From Malacoraja senta (lineage: Eukaryota): DNA of 64,000 bases. Positions 27,801 to 39,800 of the stretch are shown in pieces. The position numbers were made by a program, and so were the translations under genes. Location of the stretch: positions 3,784,001-3,848,000 of the forward strand of contig CM075993.1 of NCBI GenBank assembly GCA_038087875.1, written 5' to 3'. Position 1 is the stretch's first letter; the number at the start of each line of letters is the position of its first letter. The notes beneath the pieces are model-generated. The model was not told the DNA's origin and ran no database searches. It worked only from the letters and a program-made list of their open reading frames with translations.

Positions 27801-30800
27801 GTGTTTTTTCCAAGTGTGGCAACATTTCTTTTGTCACCGCTGGATTTTGAAATGTTCCAAAATCTTTTGGCGACCCTGAAATGACGCCGGCAGTCGCCGA
27901 AAAAAAAAAAACGCCAAGTGGGACAGGCCCTTAAGAGGGAACCGCACCACAGGATCCATCGAGTCCTTGTCCCGCCGCGCTAATTGTTGTCTGCTCTCTG
28001 TTTTAGACTCCCCGAATGTGTAACGTTAGAAGAGGGTGCCTTAGTTGAGCCGCTTTGCGTCGCACTGCATGCCTGCCACAGAGGACGAGTAAAAGTGGGT
28101 CAGAAAGTTTTCATCTGCGGAGCTGGTAAGTGCCCGTTTTCGCCAGTACCATCTCCGAAACCTTCGCCACGAATGACATGCCTCGTTCGGTAAAGACGAT
28201 GAATAATCCTACCCTGTACATTACGGAGCAGACGCTTAACCAGCAAATAACAGGGAGAAATCTCCAATGCAATCACGTTCTTCTGACCCGTTCCCGCTTC
28301 GGCAAAATCAGTTCACAGTGAGATTTGTTACACTGCATTTGCCAATTAATTCCTACTTAATCATCACCAAATGCAATGGAATGCGTATGAGCTCTGAGGG
28401 CTAAAGGAATCAAGGGATATGGGGGATATTATCTGAATGGTGGCCGATTAGGAAAAGGGGAGATGCAACGAGACCTGGGTGTCATGGTACACCAGTCATT
28501 GAAAGTAGGCATACAGGTGCAGCAGGCAGTGAAGAAGGCGAATGGTATGTTAGCATTCATAGCAAAAGGATTTGAGTATAGGAGCAGGGAGGTTCTACTG
28601 CAGTTGTACAGGGTCTTGGTGAGACCACACCTGGAGTATTGCGTACAGTTTTGGTCTCCTAATCTGAGGAAAGACATGCTTGCCATGGGAGTACAGAGAA
28701 GGTTCACCAGACTGATTCCTGGGATGGCAGGACTTTCATATGAAGAAAGACTGGATAGACTCGGCTTGTACACGCTAGAATTTAGAAGATTGAGGGGGGA
28801 TCTTATAGAAACGTACAAAATTATTAAGGGGTTGGACAGGCTAGATGCAGGAAGATTGTTCCCGATGTTGGGGAAGTCCAGAACAAGGGGTCACATGTTA
28901 AGGATAAGGGGGAAATCCTTTAGGACCGAGATGAGGAAAACATTTTTCACACAGAGAGTGGTGAATCTCTGGAACTCTCTGCCACAGAAGGTAGTTGAGG
29001 CCAGTTCATTGGCTATATTTAAGAGGGAGTTAGATGTGGCCCTTGTGGCTAAAGGGATCGGGGTATGGAGAGAAAGCAGGTACAGGATACTGAGTTGGGT
29101 GATCAGCCATGATCATATTGAATGGCGGTGCAGGCTCGAAGGGCCGAATGGCCTACTCCTGCACCTATTTTCTATGTTTCTATGTTTCTATTTCCTTGGA
29201 CCATCGTGCTCTCCGAAGCTGGTTCCGTTGTCGGTCCGTACGACGAATAAACGTTGACGACTCCCTGACTTGAACCTTGGCCGTGGTTCAGCTCAGTTTG
29301 TCGGGCACTCACAACCCAGGCTGCACAAGGTAGCACTGAGGATCAGTCGCCAGGAAGCCTCTGTCTACAGTCATGCACTCGTGTGGACAGCCCCATTGCA
29401 ACCACTGCAACCTTGCATTCCATTGCATATGGTGATGATTGCACACATGTGCTGCTTCAGGAAGCCTTAAAATATCCAGGTTAATGCTGTCCATTTACAT
29501 GCATCCATTTCCAAATGCGATCGGAAGAAGGGTCCTGATCAGTAACATCACCGATCCATGTTCTCCAGAGGTGCCGCCTGGCCCACTGAGTTACTCCAGC
29601 ACTTGATTCCTTTTGTATTTCTATAACCTCTCCAGGAGATATGGAGTCGATATCCATATGATCGAGAGAGAAATGATATAAATGCAAAAGGAGACACAAA
29701 ATGCTGGAGTAACTCAGTAACTCAGTGGGCCAGGCAGGCAGCACCTCCGGAGAACATGGATGGGTGACGTTACTGATCAGGACCCTTCTTCACCCCGCAT
29801 TTGGAAATGGGTGTAAAGTGGGAAGTAAAACTCCATGGCTTTCTAACAAATGTTTTCTTTAATCTGTTAAGGACCAATTGGCCTGATGACTCTTCTTGCT
29901 TGCAAGGCCATAGGAGTGACTCTGACTGTAGTATGTGGTAAGTTTTTACAGAATACATTCCGAACCTGAATGAGTTATTTTTCCATTGCAATTGGTTGCG
30001 TTTTTCTTGTAGTAACCGTGACCTCTCTCTTCCACTGGAGGACCCCGAGGTGCGTGATGGGCTCCCGTGCTCTATTTGTTAGCCCTGTCGGAAGTATTTC
30101 CGGGTATTCCCGGTTCAGAGCCCCATCACTAATTCCACCCACAGCAGCATACCAGGGTAGCTGATTGTCAAGGGACAACTTGGTTTGGGGAAACAACTGC
30201 NNNNNNNNNNNNNNNNNNNNNNNNNNNNNNNNNNNNNNNNNNNNNNNNNNNNNNNNNNNNNNNNNNNNNNNNNNNNNNNNNNNNNNNNNNNNNNNNNNNN
30301 NNNNNNNNNNNNNNNNNNNNNNNNNNNNNNNNNNNNNNNNNNNNNNNNNNNNNNNNNNNNNNNNNNNNNNNNNNNNNNNNNNNNNNNNNNNNNNNNNNNN
30401 GCTCTCTCCCTTTCTCTTCTTTTTAATTGAAAACAGAAAGTGCTGCTATTTTAGACAGCAGAGCATTCGGCAACCAGGACCAGAGAGGTCAGTTTGGGAC
30501 ATTTTGGTTGTGTTGTGAAAGTAAGGGACATTATACCCGGCTGTGGGAAGATCTCTCTGCTCTCCTTGACATTCCAACACCAGAGACTTTACACAGCTAA
30601 CCGAGCGCATGTTGAACTTTTCTTTGAAGAACACCAGGTCCAGCAACGCAACCCATTCCCATCAGAGGTCTGAAGTGTCGGCGCAGTGGAGAAAAATACC
30701 TAATGATGCACCTCTGTCTAAGAAGGAACTGCAGATGCTGGAAAAATCAAAGGTAGACAAAAATGTTGGCGAAACTCAGTGAGTGAGGCAGCATCTATGG

Positions 30801-33800
30801 AGCCAAGGAATAGGTGACGTTTCGGGTCTCGACCCGAAACGTCACCTATTCCTTCGCTCCATAGATGCTGCCTCACCCACTGAGTTTCTCCAGCATTTTT
30901 GTCTACCTAAAGGGCCTGTCCCACATGGGCGTCATTTACGCTACATCATTTACACGTCATGGCGTGCATTACGCGCGCATGGCGCGTGGTGAGGCGTGGT
31001 GGTGTAGACAGTGATGCACGGTCCCACGCAGCGCCCCAGGATTTGGGGATTCGCAAAATCTTTAATGATTATTTAAAGGGTCAGAATGGTTCAGCACGGG
31101 AACCTGACTAATGCTCGGGCTAAAAAATGGATGAAATGCTATACTCTGAAATGTACGAATATATCTCGAATGAAGTTTTTTATTTTAATAAATTTTTCCA
31201 CTCTTCTTTAACTATCTTTCTCTTTTGTTTTGGTTTTTTTTGTTTTGTGTTTCTTGTTTTTTGTTAAAAAAAATTTAAATAATTTTTTTTTTTTTCTCTC
31301 TTTTTCTTCTCTTTCTTTTCTTTCTTTACTTCATCTATCTTTTTAGTTCTATCTAGTTTAAAATAAAAAAAATAAAAAGGTAAAAGGTATTGGAGACAAT
31401 GTAATAATAATTGATAATATTATCAATTTAAAAATGTAAGACTGTAATGATGTTAATAGATTATGTACTTATCTCCAATAAAAAATATTTTCAAAAAAAA
31501 AAATCTTCGCGCGCCACCTGCGTGACGCGCCAATGGCACCCAAGTGGAACAAGCCCTTAATGACACACGCCTGGTGTCTTAGCCACATTAGAGTCCCACG
31601 TTGTTTTCCTACATTAGTTTCACTTTACCCCATTAACAAATGCATCATGTTTATTAACAACTAAATTAATAAGAACTGTTTAAGAAATAAATGGGAATTG
31701 GATTTACAAGTGCTTCCCCAAGATGGTTGGTGGGACAGTTATCGTAGAACATAGAATGGTGCAGTACAAGAAAATGGCCACAATGTCTGCGCTGTACATG
31801 GTGCCAAGACCATCTCTTATCAACCCGCACATAACCCATATCCCCTCATTCCCTGCATATGATAGGGTCATACATTGTGGAAACAGGCCCTTGCCGTCCA
31901 AATTGCCCCATCTACACTGGTCTAACCTACCTCCCTATCTCTTCATATCCCTATCCCTGTCCCTAGTCTCCTAAATGCCACTATTGCATTTGCCTCTGCC
32001 ACCATCTCCAGTCACACAAACCACCCTCTGTGTAAAAAAAACCTTGCCCCAGGACATCTCCTTTGTACTTTGTCTTCCAATTTGACAGCAAGTCCCGACA
32101 GGAGATGTCAGGGCAGGTGACCAGAAGCTTAGGTTGTGAGAAGTATTTTTAACGGAAGGAGGAAGAATGGTAGAATTAGAACATAGAACAGGGGACAGTA
32201 CAGCACAGGAACAGGCCCTTCGGCCCACAATGTTTGTGCCGGACATGATGCCTAGCTGAATTGATCTCATCGGCCTGTACCTAATCCATATCCCTCTATA
32301 ATAATAATAATAATAATAATAGATTTTATTTATATAGCGCTTTTCAGGACTATTGTCCTACATTTCCACATGCCTACCCAAAAGTCCCAAACGCCACTAT
32401 TGTATCTGCCTCAACCACCACTGGCAAAATGCGTTCCAGGCCCCTACCACTCTCTGTGTAAATAATCCTGCCGTACACTTCTCCGTTCAACTTTCCCCCT
32501 CTCACTTTATAGCTATGTCCTCCAGTGTTGGACTCCTCCACCCTGGGACAAAGGGTTCTGACCGTCTACCCAATGTATGTCTCTGATAATTCAATGTACT
32601 TGCATGGGGACGGCAGGGAGTGATGTGTGGGAACCAGTCATTGAGGAACGGGATGTTCTCACAACCTTATTCCCAACGGAGATACGGAAGGATGTATTTC
32701 TTAATCTCATTGCCCTCTTGCAGATTTGTGTCAGGACCGTTTGGAAAAGGCAAAATGCTTGGGAGCCACAGTTGTCTTGAAAGTGGATAAGTGTACGTGT
32801 CCCATGGAGTTGGCCCAGAAAGTAAAGTCCTCTCTCTGCGCCATGCCTGACGTGTGCATTGACTGCACTGGGGCTGATACCTGCATCCAGGCTGGTGTCT
32901 ACGTAAGTCTCAACTCAAGAGGGTCTTTCAATCTGTGCAACCGTCGGGCAAGACCTAAAACCTTGGGCAAAAGACGCAAAAAGTCAAGTCAAGTCAAGTC
33001 ACTTTTATTTCTATAGCACATTTAAAAAACAACTCTCGTTGGCCAAAGTGCTTTACATTGGTGGAGATACTAACGTTATACAACAGTGGTTCATAGATTA
33101 AGTAGAGCTGGAGGGAGCCAGCATCCGTGGAGGGAAATGTTGACAGGCAACGCTTCGGGTCCTTTCCCTGCCTGTCACAAGTTCACAAGTTCACTAGTTA
33201 TAGGAGTAGAATTAGGCCATTCAGCCCATCATCTCTACTCCGCCATTCAATCATGGCTGATCTATCTCTCCCTCCTAACCCCATTCTCCTGCCGTCTCCC
33301 CCCGTAAGCCCTGACACCCGTACTAATCAAGAATCTGTCAATCTCCACTTTAAATATCCTGAATTTTTTTCCCACATCCCTGAGTTAATCTGTCATTTTG
33401 TTACCCTCTTCCCAGGCACTGGAAATAAACACCCCTTCCTAATGTAGTAGACAATAGACAATAGACAATAGGTGCAGGAGTAGGCCATTCGGCCCTTCGA
33501 GCCAGCACCGCCATTCAATGTGATCATGGCTGATCATCCACAATCCTGCCTTCCCCCCATATCCCCTGACTCCGCTATTTTTAAGAGCCCTATCTAGCTC
33601 TCTCTTGAAAGCATCCAGAGAACCGGCCTCCACCGCCCGCTGAGGCAGAGAATTCCACAGTAATCGGCTGTGACTTGTGTTGTAGTGATCACACACCAAT
33701 AAATGAGAAGGATCAGAGTTTTTGCCTCACACATCGCACACAGCAACATCTTGTATTGGCTTTCTGCTGACTGGTTAGCACGCAACAAAAGCTTTTCACT

Positions 33801-36800
33801 GCGTTGGTACACGTGACAATAAACTAAACTGAACTGATTCCTGGCAACGCCATCCTTTGCTCAACATCGCTTCTATGACCGTGCTATTGAGACAATACAG
33901 GTCTTTGCACATTTTGGATGACTTAACTTACCCCTACAGTAGTAACGATTAATATTAAAGTAAAGGAGAGTTTAGTTTGGAGATACAGCGTTGGAACAGG
34001 CCCTTCGGCCCACTGAGTCCATGCCAACACTAGCACTATCCAACACACATTAAGGACAATTTACCATTTTTACCAAAGCCAGTTAGCCTACAAACCTGTA
34101 CGTCTTTGGAGTGTTGGAGGAAACGGGAAAACCCATGCAGCCATGGGGAGAACGTGCGAACCCCTTACAGACAGCACCCCCCCCCCCCCCCCCCCCCCCC
34201 CCCCGTGATCAGGGTCCAACCCGAGAATTGAACTACTCAGACTTGTTCTTTTCATTGGGACAACCAAACTGTGCTGCTTTGATGGGCTCAATTTCTCAAT
34301 CAAATGGAACCTCTCTGTGTGTTTGATGTCAGCTGAGAGCATCAGGAAGAAATGGTACAGGGAGGGACTCCTCTGTCAGTTACTGAACGCTAGTGTTTTA
34401 ACTGCAGCAACTAATCAGTTAAGCTTCAGCACACTCTCTCCTCACCAACCACCTCCCCACACTCAGCTCTGGGCACCAGGTTTCAGATAAGGCTGTCAAA
34501 GGGCACAGAGGGGAGACTTAGGCAATTACACTGGGGTTGGAGGATTTCAGTTTGGTAGAATAAATGGGAAAGACTGCTTGTGTAGGAAGGAACTGCAGAT
34601 GCGGGTTTACTCTGAAGACAGACACAAAATGCTGGAGTAACTCAGCGGGGGACAGGCAAGCATCTCTGGATAGAAGGAATGGGTGATGTTTCGGGTCGGG
34701 GCCCTTGTTCAGACTTGCTTGTTTCCTTAAGCCATCTTTCCCCATGTACCTTACAAAACATGGGGAAAGATGGCTTAAGGAAACAAGGGAGTTAGATGTG
34801 GCCCTTGTGGCTAAAGGGATCAGGGGGTATGGAGAAGAAGGCAGGTACGGGATACTGAGTTGGATGATCAGCCATGATCATATCGAATGGCGGTGCAGGC
34901 TCGAAGGGCCGAATGGCCTACTCCTGCACCTATTTTCTATGTATCTATGTATCTAAAACTGAAATCCCCCATCGCCAGTATAATTGCCTAAGTCTCCTCT
35001 CTGCCGTTCGAAAGTCTGTCTGAAAACGTGGAAACTAAGGGGTGGGGGGTGGGGGGGGAGAGAAGGAGCTGATTAGTGCCAGTGACAAATCATAATTGAT
35101 AAATTATTATGTATTAAAATCATACATAAATAAACAATAATTTCTGCAGTTAAAACATGAGAATTCCTCCCTATTTCAGTCTTCCTGATGCTTTCGACCA
35201 ACATCAATCATACCTAGAGGCTCCATTTAATTGGAAAACTTTTTTCAGTCCTTCAATGAACACTTTGGTTGACCCAATGACAAGTAACACACACTCCTAT
35301 GTAGTTTAATGAAGAACTGCAGATGCTGGAAAAATCTAAGGTAGACAAAAAAATGCTGAGGAACTCAGCGGGTGAGGCAGCATCTAAATTTGTCCTCCGA
35401 TGTAGTTGAACTTTCTTTTACTTTAATATTAAGTGTTAGGGTTGGTGGCCTTGAGTTCCCCAGTTGATGATCCCAGAAGGAATGGTTCCTTCATCATTTT
35501 AGGGTCTAAATCCCAGAACTAACTGCATTCACCAGTTGCAAAAATATGGCTCACCCCTCCTTCTCAAAGCCAATTACAGGTGGGATTTTAATGCTGAAAA
35601 AAATGAGTGTTATTTTATCTAAAGAGTCCATATGAGGAAGGGTCCCCAGCCGAAATGTCACCTATTTGGGCGGCACAGTGGTGCAGCGGTAGAGTTGCTG
35701 TCTTACAGTGCCGGGTTTGAACCTGCCTACGGGTGCTTGTCTGTACGGAGTTTGTACCTTCTCCCCGAGACCTGCGTGGGTTTTTCTCCAAGAACTTCGG
35801 TTTCCTCCCACACTCCAAACATGTACAGGTTTGTAGGTTAATCAGCTTGGTATAAATGTAAAAAATTGTCCCTTGTGTGGGATAGTGTCAGTGGGCCTGC
35901 ATCTCCAAACGAAACTAAACAGAACTATCCATGTCCTCCAGAGATGCTGCCTGACCCGCTGAGTGTTAGTGTAGTTTAGTGTAGTTTAGTTTAGATACAC
36001 AGCGTGCAACAGGCCCTTCAGCCCACCGAGTCTGCACCGGCCAGCGAACCCCTACACATTAAAGGGCCTGTCCCACTTGCCGATTTTTCCGGCGACTGCC
36101 TGCGTCATATCAGGGTCGGCAAAAGATTTTGAACGTTTCAAAATCCAGCCGCGACAAAAAAAATGTTGTGACACTTGAAAAATCACCGCGCGTCAGTCAA
36201 TGTGCCACGTCATCACGCCGTAACACGCCACAAATTTTTAGGTGACCTGATACGTCAGTCAATGATGCCGGCAGTCGCCAAAAAAATCGACAAGTGGGGC
36301 AGGCCCTTAACACTCGTGACAATTTTCACCAATTTACACTTATACCAAGCCAATTAACCTACAAACCTGTACATCTTTGTTATTCCCACACTTTTGTATC
36401 CTTTTTTATACATGAATTAAACTGGTTACTACACATTGAGTTGGGTACACGTTCGATTTGTGGTATGAAGAGGTACTATTCTTAACATTGAACTTTTACT
36501 GTAATGCAGCACAAATGGCAATATATCATCTTGGCTCAGCGTTTCTAACAGTATTTTGTCTCTAAAACACAGGCTGTCAAACCTGGTGGAATTGTTGTAC
36601 TGGTTGGCCTGCAATGTAACACATCAAATGTCCCTGTGCTGCATGCAACAGTCAGAGAGGTGGATATCCGCGGGAGCTTTAAATACACAAACACGTAAGT
36701 ATTTTGTTTATAGACAATAGACAATAGGTGCAGGAGTAGGCCATTCGGCCCTTCGAGCCAGCACCGCCATTCATTGTGATCATGGCTGATCATCCACAAT

Positions 36801-39800
36801 CAGTGCCCCGTTCCTGCCTTCTCCCCATATCCCCTGACTTCGCCAACTTTAAGAGCTCTATCTAACTCTCTCTTGAAAACATCCAGAGAATTGGCCTCCA
36901 CTGTCTTCTGAGGCAGAGAATTCCACAGATTCACGACTCTCTGGGTGAAAAAGTTTTTCCTCATCTCCATTCTAAATGGCTTACCCCTTATTCTTAAACT
37001 GTGTCCACTGGTTCTGGATTCCCCCAACATCGGGAACATGTTTCCTGCCTCTAGCGTGTCCAATCCCTTGATAATCTTATATGTTTCATTAAGATCCCAT
37101 CTCATCCTTCTAAATTCCAGAGTATACAAGCCCAGCTGCTCTATTCTATCAACGTATGACAGTCCCGCCATAATGGGAATTAAACCTGTGAACCTACGCT
37201 GCACTCCCTCACTGGCAAGAATGTCCTTCCTTAAATTTGGAGACCAAAACTGCACACAATACTCCAGGTGTGGCCTCACTAGGACTCTGTACAACTGCAG
37301 AAAGACAGAAGTTTAGAGATACAGTGCGGAAACAGACCGTTCAGCCCACCGAGCCCGCACCGATCAGCGATCCCCACACATTAACATTACCCTAACACTG
37401 ACACACTGGGGAAAATTTACACCTACACCAAGCCAATTCACCTACAAACCTGTACGTCTTTGGAGTGTGGGAGGAAACCGAAGATCTCGGAGAAAACCCA
37501 GGTGGTCACTGGGAGAACGTACAAACTCCGTATAGACAGGAGTGTACAAAATCATGAGAGGAATAGACCAGGTAGATGCACAGAGTCTCTTGCCCAGAGT
37601 AGGGGAACCGAGGACCAGAGGATATAGGTTCAAGGGGAAAAGAATTACTGTAATAGGAATCTGAGGGGTAACTTTTTCACACAAAGGGTGATGGGTGTAT
37701 GGAACAAGCTGCCAGAGGAGGTAGTTGAGGATGGGACTATCCCAATGTTTAAGAAACAGTTAGACAGGTACATGGATAGGGCAGGTTTGGAGGGATATGG
37801 AGGTGGGACTAGTGTAGCTGGGACATGTTGGCCGGTGTGGGGAAGTTGGGCTGAAGGGCCTGTTTCCACACTGTATCATTCTATGACTCTATGACAGCAC
37901 CCGTGGTCAGGATGGAGCGCGCGCGCGCGGGTCTCTGGCGCTGCAAGCGCTGTAAGGCGGCAACTCTACCGCTGCGCCACCGCGTGCCGCCCAAACAGGA
38001 AAGATGTGGAGGCTCCGGAGAAGGTGGCAAAGCAGGTTTACCAGGACGCTGACTGGAGCAGAGGGTTCCAGCTGCAGGGAGAGGTTGGACAGACTTGGGT
38101 TGTTTTCTCTGGAACGTCAGAGGTTGAAGGGAGACTTGTTAAGCTTTATGGTGAGAGAGGGCAAAAATTTAATGCAGTTGAACAGGGCAGGTTTTTTTGC
38201 CCAGAGAGGTGGGGGCCTGGAACGCATTGTGATGGTGGAGATGGCTACATTAGTGCATTTAAGCGGCTTTTAGACAGCCTCTTAAGTTGCAGGGAATTGA
38301 GAGATATGGACCACGTCCAGGTAGGTGAGATCAGTTTGACTTGGTGTCATGTTGTGCTGCTTTATGTTCTACGATCCATTTCCACTCATAAAGAAGGTGT
38401 TGTTATTAAACATCAGCGACTCCCCCGACGGTGTGGCACTCTGCCAGTAATGCTTCCTGCATTTTAAGCCCGAGCAAATAATATTCTTCCTGCGAATGAG
38501 CCTATCTTTGTTCAGAACGTCGACTGTTGACGAGAACAAAAGAGCAGTCTGTTTAGCTCGTGTGTTATTGTGCATGGCGGTTAGATCCTGAAATTACTGG
38601 GGTTAGTTACACTGCAAAAACACTTGCCAGGAGAGTGGCAGGGTGGCGCAGTAGTAATGTTGCCGCCTTGCCACGCCAGAGGACCCAGGTTCGATCCTGA
38701 CTGCGGGTGCTGCCTGGACGGAGTTTGTACGTTCTCCCTGTGACCCCGTGGGTTTTCTCCAGCAGCACTGGTTTCCTGCCACACTCCAAAGATGTGCAGG
38801 TTTTGGAGGTTCATTGATCATATGAAATGTAAAAATGACCAGCACTGTGCAATGGGTCCTGTCAGTTCCTATGTATCCTCTGCCACAACTTGCCTTTGTT
38901 GGTCCCAGGAGGCTTGCTTGTTTGGCTGGGTGGCTCTCAGAGTTGCTCCAAGAGGTGGCAGAGTCTCCAACCATGGAGTTGACCCACCGGCATCCAAAAC
39001 ATCTAAAGATTAAACCATTTTGCAGAACGAAATCTGAAGACCACCTGAAGACAATTTTAAGTAATTAAAAGAATTACTGCAGGAAACATGCTCCCGATGT
39101 TGGGGGAGTCCAGAACCAGGGGCCACAGTTTAAGATTAAGGGGTAAGTCATTTAGAACGGAGACGAGGAAACACCTTTTCTCACAGAGAGTTGTGAGTGT
39201 GTGGAATTCTCTGCCTCAGTGGAGGCAGGTTATCTGGATACTTTCAAGAGAGAGCTAGTTAGGGCTCTTAAAGATAGCGGAGTCAGGGGATATGGGGAGA
39301 AGGCAGGATCAGGATTCTGATTGGGGATGATCAGCCATGATCACTTTGAATGGCGGTGCTGGCTCGAAGGGCCAAATGGCCTACTCCTGCACCTATTGTC
39401 TATTGTCTATTGTCTACAATTACACAAAGCACAAATATTTAAAATAAAGAACACTGGCCTTCTGCGTCCCAGACTGCACCCGTAGTCGGGATCGAACCCA
39501 GGACTCTGGCGCTGTAAGGCAGTAACTCTACCGTTGCGCCACCGTACCATTATTGGATAAATGCTGGCGTCTATCCAAATGACTGCAGCGTTGCCATGAG
39601 AGATGTGACCTAGATACATGTGCAAGTATCCGCAGTGGGATTTGTACCTGTAGCCCTGAATAGTCAGAAGCAGGAATGCTCTACTCCACTGAGCCATATG
39701 CCGGCAGTCATAGGTGCAGGAGTAGGCCATTCGGCCCTTCGAACCTGCACCGCCATTCAATGTGATCACGGCTGATCATCCACAATCCGTGCCCCGTTAC

